From the NCBI GenBank assembly GCA_033442325.1, contig JAWQFM010000012.1, positions 1,292,214 to 1,356,213 on the forward strand: 64,000 bases of DNA. The letters are read 5' to 3'. This document shows, piece after piece, positions 38,752 through 59,710 of the stretch. Both the position numbers and the translations under genes were made by a program. The stretch comes from Salpingoeca rosetta. Lineage: Eukaryota > Protista > Choanoflagellata. The notes beneath the pieces were generated by a model that did no database searches, was not told where the DNA came from, and saw only the letters and a list, made by a program, of their open reading frames with translations. How positions within the stretch are numbered: the stretch's first letter is position 1; each line of letters starts with the position of its first letter.

Positions 38752-40121
38752 GCACGCACGCACGCACGCACGCATGCCTCACCCACACACACGCATGCCT
38801 CACCCACTCTGCTTTGTTCCGTGTTGCGCACGCAGACATGCGGGAGTCGCCTGTGGTGATGGAGCGTGCGTGGGAGCGCGGGGACGCAGCCATCTTCCAA
38901 GACAAGGACCCGTGCGTTGTCTACGGCCAGTTCTTTGATCGCAAGGGCGAGCAGTACGTATACCTTGTGTCCATGGCCATGCACGTCACGGCGCCCGCTC
39001 CTAAGGTAAATGTGGATGAGTGTGAGGTGAGTGAGAGAGAGGGTGTGTGTGCTTATTTGTGTGCATGCGTGTGAGTGTGAGTGTGCGTGTGTGTGAGTGT
39101 GTGTGTGTGTGTGAGTGTGCGAGAGGGCAACATGCACAGTTGGAGCGCTGATGGGCGTTGCGGTTGCGTAGCATGACGAACTCGCCCATTGGCTGTGGTT
39201 CACTGCTCCTTTGTTGTGGCTGATGCCTCGTTCTTCTTGGCTCCAGGATCCAGAGGCGATTGCCCGCCTGCCCAAATCCGCGTTTTCGCTCGATCGTCGC
39301 ATTCTGAAACCACTGCCAGCACGCCTGCTCACCTGGCGGTCAGTTGACGTCGTGCCTGACACCCGCGATCACCTGTGGAACGGCAGTGGCTTGTGCCTCC
39401 ATCACTCGTTCACTGACGTCCCCCTTCCCCCCTCTCTCTCTTCATCACTGTGGCCAACATTCTCACTCGAAACACCTACACTCTCACTGCGCTCACGGGC
39501 TTTTGCTTTTTCCGAAGGCTGGGTTTCCAATGGGACCTGCCAACGTTCATCACGCAAGAGGTCTTGACGGTGCGTTGGACATGTTGCCCGCTTTCTTGCT
39601 CGCATGCGTGCATGCATGCACGTGTGTGTGTATGTGTGTATGTGTGTGTATGTGTATGTGTGTGTGTATGTGTATGTGTGTGTGTATGTGTGTGCGTGCG
39701 TGTGTGCTGCTACCAATTGCAAGAAGTATTGTGTTGACACGCGTGCCCTTCTCCGTATCTCATGCACATTTGTGAAATTGCTGTCCCTCGCTGTTACACC
39801 GCCCACCGCAAACACGGCACCAGGCGGCAAAGGCACGCGCTGCACAGCTGGTGCTTGGCGCCAATGACACCACCACCACCACCGCTGACAGCAGCACCGA
39901 CGCCCTCGAACCGCCGTCTCCGCCACCACTGATTGACGAGGCTGACGTGCGCAGGCGCCACCGCCATCGCCTTGCTGGCCCACGTGCCCCGACATTGCCA
40001 ACCAGACCCGCAGCTGCACCCAAACAGACACTCACGAAACCGAGCGCGTTTCCGTTCTTTCCCGAAGGCACTCACGCCCCCGACTTCCTGGTTGGTGTGT
40101 ACATATGCTTGTGTGTCTGTG

Positions 40122-40202
<81 letters not shown>

Positions 40203-41160
40203 CTGCAATCAATGATTCCCTTCTTTTCTTTGTTGCATTCACTGTCGTCTCACGCTTGCTCTTGCTTTGCTCCCATGTATGTGTGCTTGCAGGCCGAACA
40301 GTTGTGGAATTTTGTCATGTCCGAGGAGTGCAAGACGCCAAACTTTGCGGAAAAGCTGGTGTGTGTGTGTGTGTGTGTGCATACATGCGCCATCCAGTGG
40401 TTGCAACTATGTGAAGGTGTGCATGTGTGCATGTGTGTGAAGCGAGGAAGCGGGTATGAACACGCTCACTACTCGGGCCCTCATCGCCATACATGGTCGT
40501 TGATGCTGTCTGCGTGTGCTGTGTCCTCCCAGAACATGGAACTTCGCGGTGTGCAGGACATGACGGCCTTTGAGAAGTACTTCCAGCGGTACACCGGTGC
40601 AGCACAGACTTTCTTTGGCAGCCAGAGGTCAGTGTGACACTACTGCAGAGCTTGCACACGCTCATCCTGTGGCTCTTGCCGTTCCACGCACCACTCTTAA
40701 AGACCCACAACACCCCTGGTGCTACTTCTGCTCCTGCTTGCTTGTTCGTTCTCTTGCGTGGGAATTTGTTGACGTGAGATTATGTGCTGCTTGCTGCGCT
40801 GGTTTCATGTCATGACTGTAGGAACTGGCGAGAGCACCTGCACATGATCTGGGAGGCGCTGCCGGCTGCCTGCAGGGAACGCTATGCCTTTCCCACTGAG
40901 TTTGAGACCCCGAAAGCAGCAACGAAACCTGGGACGAGGATGGAGCAATGGGAGGCCTGCCCCAAACACCTTCACCACACACGTATGTGACGGGGCGCGA
41001 TACAGAGGCTGCTGTGTCGGTCTCCCTCGGAGTGAAGAAGCAGTGTGTGTGTGTGTGCGTGTGTGTGTGTGTGTGTGTCTGTGTGTATATGCATGTGAGT
41101 ATGTGCATGTGTGTATGTTTGCCTGCCTGCCTGCCTGCCTGTGTGTGTGTGTGTGTGTGG

Positions 41161-41212
<52 letters not shown>

Positions 41213-42051
41213 AAGTGTGTGGAAGTGTGTGGAAGTGTGTGGTAGTGTCTGTCTGTTTGCCTGCCTGTCTGTCTATCTGTGTGAGTCAGTTTACCTGCCT
41301 GCCCATCTGCACCATCTCTTGAGGTCCCTCACCTGTGAGCTTGCCTGCATGCACTGTAGATGATGATGCAAGTGTGACGCTGGCAATGCTGATGCGGCAT
41401 CCACGAAAGCCCCGCAATGTGCCTGTCCGCGTGTGGGCCCAGCGCTTGCGGGAGCAGCAGCAGGAACTACGGCTACAACGCCGCGAGTTGCGGTTGCAAC
41501 AGCAGCAGCAACAACAACGACAACAGTTACAACAACAGCAACAACAGCAACAACAACAACAACGACAACAGCAACAGTTACAACAACAGTTGCAGCAACA
41601 TCAGGGCAATGCATCTGGTGTGCCGTCTGTCATGTTGCGCAACCCAAGCAATGTGCTAGCGGTGGGCGTGGATGGCCAGTCGATGCCTGCACGCCTTTAT
41701 GACACCACGCGGCTGATGCAGGAGTCGCGGAAGGCGATGAGGCAGCCACACAGCAGTGCACGACCCGGTACCTCTGAAGTGAAGTCGTCCTCGCCTGCGC
41801 CAGTCATGGCGTTCGTGGCGAAGAAGAGCAGGAAGAACAGGACGAGAAAGAACAACAAGGCAGCAGCAACCACGACAGCAAAACCGGCCAAGATGACCAG
41901 GATGACCAAGATGCAAGTGCACACCGGCGACACTGCTGTACTCGACTACCATCACCACCGCCCTCGCGACCCTTCTGCACGTGGTCATGCAGTGGACCGC
42001 CACGCTGGCTCTGTCGAGGCAACAGCGGTGCCGCAGCCTGCTGTGGAGTGA
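35609..42051 (+). CDS. Uncharacterised large multi-exon protein, possibly chromatin-associated (KOW/Tudor-like, Cys finger, BAH-like and HMG-like segments)
   Basis: Exons: MDLPLNC...VGDE|VQVVAP...GRKGIVLDV...WYTIR|...VRGSELQL; RECEQC...[12 protein letters not shown]; WERGDAAIF...[10 protein letters not shown]; MTAFEKYF...[13 protein letters not shown]; polyQ tail. The gene model is well supported; the domain calls are tentative. Confidence 0.65.
35673..35801. repeat. (TATG)n tetranucleotide microsatellite in the first coding intron
   Basis: Read directly from the sequence. Confidence 0.95.
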
Positions 42052-42342
42052 CAACAGGGCTAGGTGGAGGTGGTGAGAGGAGCTCTTGGGAGGCAGGGGT
42101 GGAGTCGTGGAGTGGACGAGTGGCTTGGAGTGCTGGCTGGGGTGGTGCTCTGGTGCTGGAGTGGGGACGGGAAGACAGTAAGACAGGAGGACGCTCAGGA
42201 GGTGTGCTGAGGAAGGAAGGAAGTCTCGCCTCGATTAAAATTGCATGGAATCGCCCTGCCATTGCGCACTTTTTTGTTGCCACTGCACACAAGCAGGCAA
42301 TACGAAGCAACCCAGCCAAAGCAAGACGCTACCTCAAGGATA

Positions 42343-43255
42343 ATGTGGTGGAGGCGAGCAGCTGCCCTTGCGATGCAGGGAGGTGCAGGCGGCCGTCATC
42401 AGGGCCTCGTGCACAGGGGTGGTTCGCAGAGGGTGGCGAGCGTTGTTTGGACGCGCACGCTGTTCTCGCGGCCGGCCGCTTGCCCAGCTCCCCTTCGCAC
42501 ACAAGCAGGATACGCTGCGGCCTCAGGAGTTTTGCACGTGGAAGGATGGCCCTCACGCATGGCCAGGTGCTTGCACATCACAAGCCTTGCTCAACGAGCC
42601 CTCCAAAACAGGAGCACCGCGAAACACCACGTGGTTTTACGGCGATGGCTTCAGCAGCGTGTCCTCCACCAACAAGGGCAATCACAACCATCCCACACGT
42701 CGAGATGGTCAAAATGGCAGCAAGGAACTCGGCAACGGCTCAGCACAACTCGACAGCAGAGGCAGCACGGCACCGACAAGCACGGCACACATCCATCATC
42801 CTCAGGTGCCTCGTCACCGTCGTCCTCAGCGGCACCAGGCGAAGCAGCAGGCGGCCAGACCGTCACCCAAGCAGCTTCCGCACGCGTGACGGAGGCCGCA
42901 AGGCACACGTACATGCGGTACCGCAGCCTGGAGGAGCAGTTGCGATGGCATGGCATCAACATGCTCGCGGTGCTGATAGCCATTGTGATTGGCAGCGCCA
43001 TTGTTGCTGTTGTGCTGTACTTCAACCGTGAGCCGCTGCGAGAGAACCTGTCCTCGGAGATCTCCAGCGCAGCGAAGCGCTCGCTCTCCAACGAAGAGGT
43101 TGTGGCGAAAGCCAACGAAGTGACGCGTGACATGGTGTACACGGTCCTCACGGACCCTCAGACGGTTCAGTACGCCAGCCAGTTCCTCTCGGAGCTCTTT
43201 GCTAAACCCGAGACGCGGGCTGCCACAGCCAAGCTCCTCGTTCAGGTTCGCCTAT

Positions 43256-43294
<39 letters not shown>

Positions 43295-43299
43295 GTGTG

Positions 43300-43377
<78 letters not shown>

Positions 43378-44378
43378 TCTCTCTCTCTCTGGCTGTATCC
43401 ATTGTCCCGCGTTTTCGTATCTAGTTGCATTCTAACTCAACCTCATCCCCTCTCCCTGCCCCCAACCCCCCTGCTCACTGTCTGCATCTGCTTGTCTCCC
43501 TTTCTCCCACTCTTTCCGTGACACGTGCGTGTTTGTGCGTGCTGCTGCTGCTGCTGCTGCTGCTGCAGGTGATGAAGGACGAGGAGTGCCTGGGGCAAAC
43601 GCAGCTGTTTTTCCGCCGCGTGGTGGACTGGCTCTCCAAGGACAAGCAAACGCAGGAGAGCCTGACGAAGCTGATTTTGTACATCCTGGCCCGTGACGAC
43701 ACGCGCCGCGCTGTTGCCCGCATGCTGCAGAGCGTGCTGCAGGATTCTGCCACGCGCAAGCAGGCCGGCGAGCTTACCGTGTCCGTGCTGCAGATGGACA
43801 ACGTGAAGCACCAAACTGGGGTGCTGGCCACAGATGCCTCGCACCGTGTGCTGGACAACGACAGCGTGCGCGAGCACACGGTGCAGTTCTTCAAGGACAC
43901 CTTTGCCAACCAGAGCCTGCAGCAGGAGGCTGGCTCGGCCATCTGGGGTGCTGTCAAGTACAGCATGACTCCCTCCATCCTCGGCTATGTGCTCTTCCCG
44001 CAGCCAAAGGTGTCCCTGCCAGCGGACGAGCAGCCATCTCCAGTAGCATCCACCGCAGCCACCGCAGGCGACCAAGGGCCGACTGATGCAACAACGACAA
44101 CGACAGGAACAGCAGCAGCAGCAGGAGGAGTAGCAGGAGCACAATCCACGGAACATGCAGCGACACCAGCCCCTGACCGTGCTGGCACAACAGCGCCCGG
44201 GGCAGCTACACAAGCGCAGCAGCCTGATGATCAAGATGTTGTGATTGTGCAAGAGACACCACCCAAGGCAACCACAGCAACAACAGCAACAACAACACCT
44301 ACAGCACCCTTGCCCCCTCCACCCATCACAGCACCTCCGCCAACACCACAGCCTTCTGCGGCAGCCGTGAGCGAGTGA
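42343..44378 (+). CDS. Uncharacterised predicted mitochondrial single-pass membrane protein (2 exons, intron 43246-43568)
   Basis: Arg-rich, acid-free N-terminus (MWWRRAAALA...). Hydrophobic TM segment INMLAVLIAIVIGSAIVAVVLYF, followed by amphipathic helical repeats ending AGSAIWGAVKYSMTP. Confidence 0.75.
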
Positions 44379-44472
44379 ACAATTTGTGGTGTCAGGGACA
44401 GTTTTTGAGAGTTGTTGGGCGGCGGCGGACACACCACGCGAACCACGACCACGACGCTCACGACCCTGTGCC

Positions 44473-50023
<5,551 letters not shown>

Positions 50024-50407
50024 CCCGAGCGAGCACCGTTGCATGATGTTGCGTCCTGAGTTCTTCGACTGTATTGCGCCGTGTGTTCCTTGTATCCCTG
50101 TGTTGCTGTTTCTACTGCTGCAAAGCGAGTTGTCGGCCTGCTGCCTAGTTCTCTTCTTGGTGTGATTGATTGATACACATGAACGCAGCAACAACAACCG
50201 GCTTGAGCAAAGAGTATGACAGTTGGCAACTTGTGTCGCTCTGGCCTTTTGTTCCTACTTGGACTTGCCTTGGAATAAGGCGGGTGCTGAGAAAGGAGAG
50301 GCCCGAAGAGCGCGCACACACACACACTCATTCCACACATACACGCACACAAACTAGCACGCACACACACAAACACACACACACACACGCACACAGGCAC
50401 AAACTCC

Positions 50408-51947
50408 CTAACCACCGAGCCGCCGTCGTATGTCGTCAACTGTTCGCTGGACAAAGACCGCGTCTGGCCATCGGATGTAGTCGCTGGTGTTGCATGCACG
50501 CACGACGAGACAAGGGATTGGCGGGAGATTGTCGAGGCTGTCGAACCTACACTCATCCAGAACAAGCCGCTGCACGCCCCGGAAACGAGAAAAGTCGCGG
50601 ATCGTGCAGTCGATAAGCTCGCAGCTAGCAACGTCCCGCACGCGCGTCAAGTAGAGAAGCCGCTTCTGCTCCTGCCTCTTCTTCTCCTCGTCTGTCCTCG
50701 TTACGCATTCATCCCCTGTCCCGGCCGTCATGTCCACCCCCACGCACGCTGCGATGGCAGCGAATGAACCGATTGATGCAACGGCAACGGATCCACGACA
50801 GCGGCGGAGCGCAAGGTGGTCGCAATTGCTGATTTCCCCGTCAATAGCCAGGTGCTCGAGGCAGGTCGCGCCCCCTTTTCTCTCCGAGAGCAGGTGGCAG
50901 TCATGCATGCACGGCACGGGTCCTCTCACCCCGGCTTGTCCAATCACGTGCAGACGTGGCACGGAGGCCACAGCGCTGGCGGACATGTCACCCCGCATGC
51001 GTGCCCTCAGCTCCCGCACACACGGTGGCACCATTCCCTCAACGTGGACATCCTCCAAGCACACGTACACGGAGCGTGGGATGGCTGCCACGTGCTGCAT
51101 GCTCGACACAGTGTTGCCAGCAAGCACGAGCATGGCGACGCGACGGCCAAGGGAGGAGAGCTGGTCCCGCGTGAGCGCGTGGCGCAGGTTGAGCCGCACC
51201 TCTGCGGCGTGCTCAAAGTCTGGGATGGCAGGGGGGCTGCCCATGACTTCGTCGATCACCAGGCGCTGTAGTCGAGCAGGACACGTGAACTGCTTCACAC
51301 CGGAGCGAGCCAGCAGCTCAATGTACGTGGTATTTGGCAGGTGCAGCTGGTCTGGAACGCTCTGCATGTGGTCGAGGCGAACGCGCCTCGCTTGGATGGT
51401 GATGTCGGCTAACAAGGACAGGAAAGCGAGCTTCACGCCGTCCGTTGCAGCCTCGATCATGGCATTGACAGAGCTGTTGATGGGGTCAGGAGGAGAAGCT
51501 GTCAAGCTGTTGCTTAACAGTGACACGTCCACACATGGGATGCCCACGAGGGAGCTGACGTCACACGTGCTCGCAATGCGATGCAACTCGAAGCTTTGTA
51601 CACTCTGCCAGTCACTGGTGACGGTACGGGGCTTCACTCTTGACACCAGCTGCATGTGGCGCACGTTACGAAGCGACAGCTTGTTGATCACTGTGTCGTC
51701 AGTGGCGTTGATATTCAGCCTGTCGATATTCAATGCCACGAGCGACACCACATGCCGCTCTCGCAAGGGTGGTCCGTATTGCTGAAACTGCAACACCACC
51801 TTGCCACCGCGCACCCCAGCCAGGAGCGTCGTACGCACTCGATCAAAGCGATCTGCACCACGCTGACCCTTTATATCCGCATGCATTGTGAAAAGTGCCG
51901 GACGACAGGGTTGCTGCTGGTGGTGCTGGTGCTGGTGGTGCTGGTGC

Positions 51948-52008
<61 letters not shown>

Positions 52009-52714
52009 GCTGCTGTTGTTGTTGTTCGAGAGGGTCGTGCGTTGCCGCGACCGACCTTGCCGTGTCTGCATCGACCTCTGGACGAGGCGCGACGCAATCC
52101 TTGGTGTCTTTGCCGAGCCATCCATGCGCGTCGTCGCCCGGTTGTTCTAGTTCTAGGGTGCGGGCAGCCCATTCCTCCACCTTGTCCAGGCCATCAAAGT
52201 ACAAGCGGCCGCAGCGAGCAAACTTGTGCCAGAAGTGTGATGTGGTTGGAGGCGAAGCCATCTTTTTCAGGAGAAAAGGGCACTCGCTGTCCCAAGTCAC
52301 ACCGAGCCAGCAGTATGCCAGGAAGCGCCCCTCCAGCCACGTCGACTGCGCGGAGCCATCAGCAGCGTCAGCATCGCCGCGCGAGCAAGGCAAGGGCAGG
52401 GAGGGCACTCCTCCTTTGCGGAATGTGTCGAGCCAGTGCCACGTCCCTGCACTTGCTTGGACTTCAAGCATGTCGACGAGGCACCACTTTGGCACGGCCC
52501 ACGGCAAGTCGTGGTACAGCTGTCGACACGTCAGCATCAGGTTGAAGAAGGCGCGGGTGTTGCCACGCCGGCTCAAGTTTGGGAGCACCATATGCATCGA
52601 GTAAGGCACATCCCTCAGATCATAGTCGAAAGTGGCGGCGGAGGTGGGGGAGAAGGACGACACCAAGTACTGCGCAACCTGCGTCCAGCAGGACAGGGAC
52701 GTGGTGGATTCCAT
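50408..52714 (-). CDS. Intronless ~768-aa protein with F-box-like N-terminus and degenerate LRR-like C-terminus
   Basis: Uninterrupted ORF. CWTQVAQYL...FNLMLTCRQLY is F-box-like. Repeated LxxLxL-type segments (DVSSLVGIPCVDV, RDFSRFRGVQRLVLDEC). PolyQ insert. Confidence 0.7.
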
Positions 52715-53100
52715 GACCTGGTGTCTTCGTGTGGCACGTGGAGAAATGGGCGTTGGTTGGGGCGGGGTGGTGAGCTGCTTGGTGAGTGATTGTGAGGGAG
52801 GAGGAGGAAGGGAGGAAGGGGGGGGAAGGAGGGAAGGTGACGGCAGGGCGGTGACGATGGCACACAGACACAGACGCAGTGATACGGAGACACNNNNNNN
52901 NNNNNNNNNNNNNNNNNNNNNNNNNNNNNNNNNNNNNNNNNNNNNNNNNNNNNNNNNNNNNNNNNNNNNNNNNNNNNNNNNNNNNNNNNNNNNCACACAC
53001 ACACACACACACACGCACACACACAAACGCACACACATTCACTTCTGCTTGCTGACTACTTTTGATGAGTGCAATTTCCACACTTTCTTTCATCAACGTT

Positions 53101-53188
53101 CTCACCGTAGCTCAGTTGGCAGAGCGTGGGATTGTAGACGGTTAATTCAGGATTCCTACGGTCACTGGTTCGATTCCAGTCGGTGAGA
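53101..53188 (+). tRNA. tRNA-Tyr(GTA) with a 15-nt intron (53138-53152)
   Basis: Acceptor stem CTCACCG/CGGTGAG with A73; D arm GCTC/GAGC; anticodon stem TGGGA/TCCTA with GTA; T arm ACTGG-TTCGATT-CCAGT. C1:G72 and A73 are eukaryotic Tyr identity elements. Confidence 0.97.
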
Positions 53189-53192
53189 TTAA

Positions 53193-53198
53193 TTTTTT
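53193..53198 (+). terminator. Pol III oligo(T) terminator
   Basis: T6 starting 5 nt after the tRNA 3' end. Confidence 0.85.
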
Positions 53199-53477
53199 CT
53201 CCTTTTGACGCCTGTTGTGCTTGTGTTGTCGTCGCGAGTGCAATGCGAGTTGCTTCCACCACCACACACCCCGAACACACATATACGCGCAGGTGCTGCA
53301 AGTTCACATCAACCACATGCTGCTTCTCCTTTCATTGCGTTCTGTTTTTGTACTTCTTGCTGACCAGAGGGACAAAAGAACGCAACTGAAACGAACACAA
53401 CCAGCCGCAACCCTCGGTCGCGTGCTGTTTCCAGGTTTCCATCTAATCTACTACAACCACAAAATCACGCGCATGGG

Positions 53478-55989
<2,512 letters not shown>

Positions 55990-56176
55990 CTTGCTTCTTG
56001 CTTCTTGCTTGCTCGTTCAGCAGCTTCCACAACCTGCCGAAAATTATGTGAAATCTTCTTGCATTGTTCCGTAACCGCTGCCAGCGAAACGAAAAGTACA
56101 ACAACAAGCAAACAGCTCCTCGCTTGTCTCCTTCATCATCGAGTGGTCTGCCATCCGCTCCGACACACGCCCGAGG
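55990..56176. promoter_or_regulatory. Putative bidirectional promoter (GH43 / IQCC-like)
   Basis: Divergent ATGs 187 bp apart. Confidence 0.5.
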
Positions 56177-57751
56177 ATGAGGACTTCGACCACGGGGCTT
56201 GATGCTGTGCGACGGTGGCGCCGATATGTGGTGATGCGGCGAACACGGAGGCAGTTTGAGGACCTGGTGCTGGCAATTGAGGGCAGCGCGGCACAGGTGC
56301 AATGGCCACCAAACTCGCTCCACCCCGTGGTCTCGTCGCCGCACGCCCCATGGTTGTGCACGCCACAACAACAACAACGACAACAACAACAGCAACGACA
56401 ACAACGAGGACAATCGAAGGAAAGCGAGGAGGAACACCGGGAGGAGTGTGGGAAGGGGCAGAAGGATCAAGAGGATCAGGAGGATCAAGAACGTAGAAGG
56501 AGTGATAGCGCACTGCAGGTTGGACGCACCCATGAGCAGGAGCATACAAGGGAGCAAAGGGAAGACACGCACGTTGCACAACAACAACAACAACAACAGC
56601 AACAGCAACACGTGGCGCGGGGCACATGTACATCCCCGACTCTGTGGCTGTTTCCAGATGTGCATCCACGCCACGATGATGAGGTGCAGAGCGAGGTGCG
56701 GGTTTCCGTTGGTGCTGGCGGTGGTGATGAGGAAGAAGCTGGCCACATTTGTGACCACCCCCAGCTTCCACTGCTGCAACAACGACGACAACAACAACAC
56801 CAACAAAGGCGACAGCATCGCCTGCGTGAAGAGGTCGTGCCCGAAATTGCGACCGTTGGTGCCAGGCGAGACACGGGCCGTGACATGGCACCAAAGACAG
56901 CCTCCACGCACACAACAGTCCCTGGGTTGCACGATCACCACCACCACCAGCAGCACCACCAGCAGCACCAGCAGCACCACCAGCAGCAGAAGTGGGTTGA
57001 TGATGACGATGACGTGGATGATCCTGATTTGTCGATGGCACTGTCTGATTTGTCGCTGCTGTCTGTATCGACCATTTCGACGCCCGACCCTTCGGAGGAG
57101 GTACACAGCTCGCCTGCCCACACGGATTCCACGCGAGACACGCTGCACACGCCATCACCGCCGGCCTCATCGCTGCACTCACCAGCGCACGTGCTCGGCC
57201 ACAGTCGAGAGCACGAAGCAAAGCATACTGTGCACCCTGCTGCTGTTGCATTCGGCAGTGGTGGCGGCGGCGGTGCAACAGCTGGCATTGATCGCCACCC
57301 GCATGCACCCACGCACAGCAGCCATACTCATCATGTGCGCGGTGTGCGAGATGCTGGCGCCAAGGCACGTGGCCCAAATCACCAAGATGATGAAGAAGAT
57401 GATGATGATGTTGATGATCACAACAAACGCGCGCAGCACCAGCACAATACGCGCACGCAGCTTCAGCACAGTACTCACACGCAGCATGAGCACAATACAC
57501 GCACGCAGCACCAGCACAATACGCGCACGCAGCACCAACCACACCAGCACTGCGAGTCAAGCAGAACACGCGAGCAGTGGGTGCCCGTGCCCTCAGCAAA
57601 CGCCAATGCCACCACCGCCACCACCACAACAACGACGACAACGTTCTCTGTGTCGCGGCTGCTCAAGCTGCGGCAGCACATCATGATGGAGCTGGACTGG
57701 ACGCGCCAGTGCCTCGCCTCACGACTGCAGATGCAGCGGCTGCTGCCGTGA
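56177..57751 (+). CDS. IQCC-like protein, single exon, with His/Gln-rich linker
   Basis: N-terminal RRTRRQFEDLVLAIEG...VQW and C-terminal LRQHIMMELDWTRQCLASR resemble the two conserved blocks of animal IQCC (LRAEYEAIVREVEG...LQW; LAMELLWLQQAINSR). Confidence 0.65.
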   Translation: MRTSTTGLDAVRRWRRYVVMRRTRRQFEDLVLAIEGSAAQVQWPPNSLHPVVSSPHAPWLCTPQQQQRQQQQQRQQRGQSKESEEEHREECGKGQKDQEDQEDQERRRSDSALQVGRTHEQEHTREQREDTHVAQQQQQQQQQQHVARGTCTSPTLWLFPDVHPRHDDEVQSEVRVSVGAGGGDEEEAGHICDHPQLPLLQQRRQQQHQQRRQHRLREEVVPEIATVGARRDTGRDMAPKTASTHTTVPGLHDHHHHQQHHQQHQQHHQQQKWVDDDDDVDDPDLSMALSDLSLLSVSTISTPDPSEEVHSSPAHTDSTRDTLHTPSPPASSLHSPAHVLGHSREHEAKHTVHPAAVAFGSGGGGGATAGIDRHPHAPTHSSHTHHVRGVRDAGAKARGPNHQDDEEDDDDVDDHNKRAQHQHNTRTQLQHSTHTQHEHNTRTQHQHNTRTQHQPHQHCESSRTREQWVPVPSANANATTATTTTTTTTFSVSRLLKLRQHIMMELDWTRQCLASRLQMQRLLP

Positions 57752-58202
57752 CAGTCGTTGCTTGTTCGCCCACTCCTCTTCGCTTGCTGCCACTGATGAG
57801 TCTGGAGATTTATCATAGAAGATATAAACGGAAACCGTCCACAATTTCATTGACATTAAATTTTTTGCCTTGCTGGTCCTTACGCACAAGCAAACGGTAG
57901 GCCCGCACACACACCTTCCCTCACACCAACGATCAGCTCTACAGGCGGGCATTGTATTTTCGAGACAGTGGTCAACTGCGGGCAACCAAGCTGGTGGGCG
58001 TTGGCAAAGAAAGTGCACCAAGCAAGTGAGCGAGCAAACAAGCAAGCAGGTAATGCTGTGTTGTGAGCACGCTTGAACCTGTGTGGCTTGCTGTCCTTTT
58101 TGATCCACGTTTTGGTGTTGGTGGCAGCCTGTCCTGGCTGGCTGGAAAGGGAGCACGGGTGGCATCCAAGTGGCATCCAAGTCAAAGTCAAGCAGCATCC
58201 AG

Positions 58203-58241
<39 letters not shown>

Positions 58242-58301
58242 CCCCTTCTCGATCCTTGATCACGTCCGTTGTGGTTTGTCAGCAACTATCAAGTTGGAGC
58301 G

Positions 58302-58795
58302 ATGTCGGGACGCACATCCTCCTCCATTGCCCGCATCGGCATTGGCCGGGCCGGTGCAACCGCAGACGACGACGAGGACGAGTCCCTGGCCCCAATCATC
58401 CACTATGGCGACCAGATTGTCCTGTTTGACAACCAGCGCGTTGGCTTTGTCACCTCATCCATTTCAAGGTGCGGCACAATGCAGCGCTCATCTTGCGTGC
58501 GTCGCCTGTGGCACGCCACTCATCCACATCAATGTGCTCACCCACTGTGCTTTTTCGCTTGTTCGCTTGCTCGCTCGGTCGCTTGCTCGCTCGCTCTGTT
58601 GTGTGGTGTGATGTGACGATGGCAGTGCGAAGCATGCGGCGGTGGATGTGATGCGTGTGCCCAGCCGCAAGAAACCCAAAATCGGCAACATCTCCACAGC
58701 CGTGTTTGAGATCCTGCCACAGTTCAAGTTCAAGGCCCGCAAGGACCTGCAGCGCAAAATCAACGCATTGCGCCAAGCAAACGTACGTCGCGCGC

Positions 58796-58885
<90 letters not shown>

Positions 58886-59655
58886 CACAGGGGATCGATC
58901 GCGCGCAGCAAGTGCCATGACCCCGCTGGGTTGCGACATGAATCAAAACTCGTTGATGCATATCCTACCTTTCACCATGCGACGCCACCTCAACCAACGC
59001 GTCTCCTGCAGGAGGGAAGCATCTCCTTCGACGTGGCCATTGGACGAGCAGACGACCCAGAAGAGCTGCAGAACCTCAAACTCGTGCGTTTTCTTCATGG
59101 ACACGCAGATGTATTTGCATGTGTGCCTGTGTTCTGGCGTTGCTGTTGCTTGGCTGCATTCATGCCACCCTCACACTCGTCGTCTCTACCATCGTTCACG
59201 CACACAAAACACACACACACACACAAAACACACACACACACACACACACACACAAAACACACACGCACACACAACACGTGCTCCACCCTGCAGCTCGCTG
59301 ACGCCGAGGATGAGGACAATCGCAACGAGATGAAGCGCCGCCACGGCGATCAAGTCCTCTACGGACAAGTGGTGCGCGTGCTTTGTTGTGCTGTTGCGTG
59401 TATTTGTGGTTGTGCGCGTGTGCACGTGTTTGCATGTGCTGCTGTTGTTGCACGCCTGCACTCTGTGTTCTTTGATACCGTGGCATGGCGACGTGCAGCC
59501 AGAGCTGACGGTGCTGTTGTTTCGCATCTGTGCGCACGCGTGGTTGTCACCTGCTTTGCTTTGTTCCACCTCCAGGTGCTGCTGTACCATCCACACTCTC
59601 GTCGCTTTGTACGTGTGCAATCAAACGTCACGTCTCGTCGGGAGGCAAGGTGAGG

Positions 59656-59710
<55 letters not shown>

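Noticed and set aside
40035-40090. [17 protein letters not shown] resembling a bromodomain ZA loop
   Set aside because: No downstream bromodomain helices or conserved Asn are recognisable.
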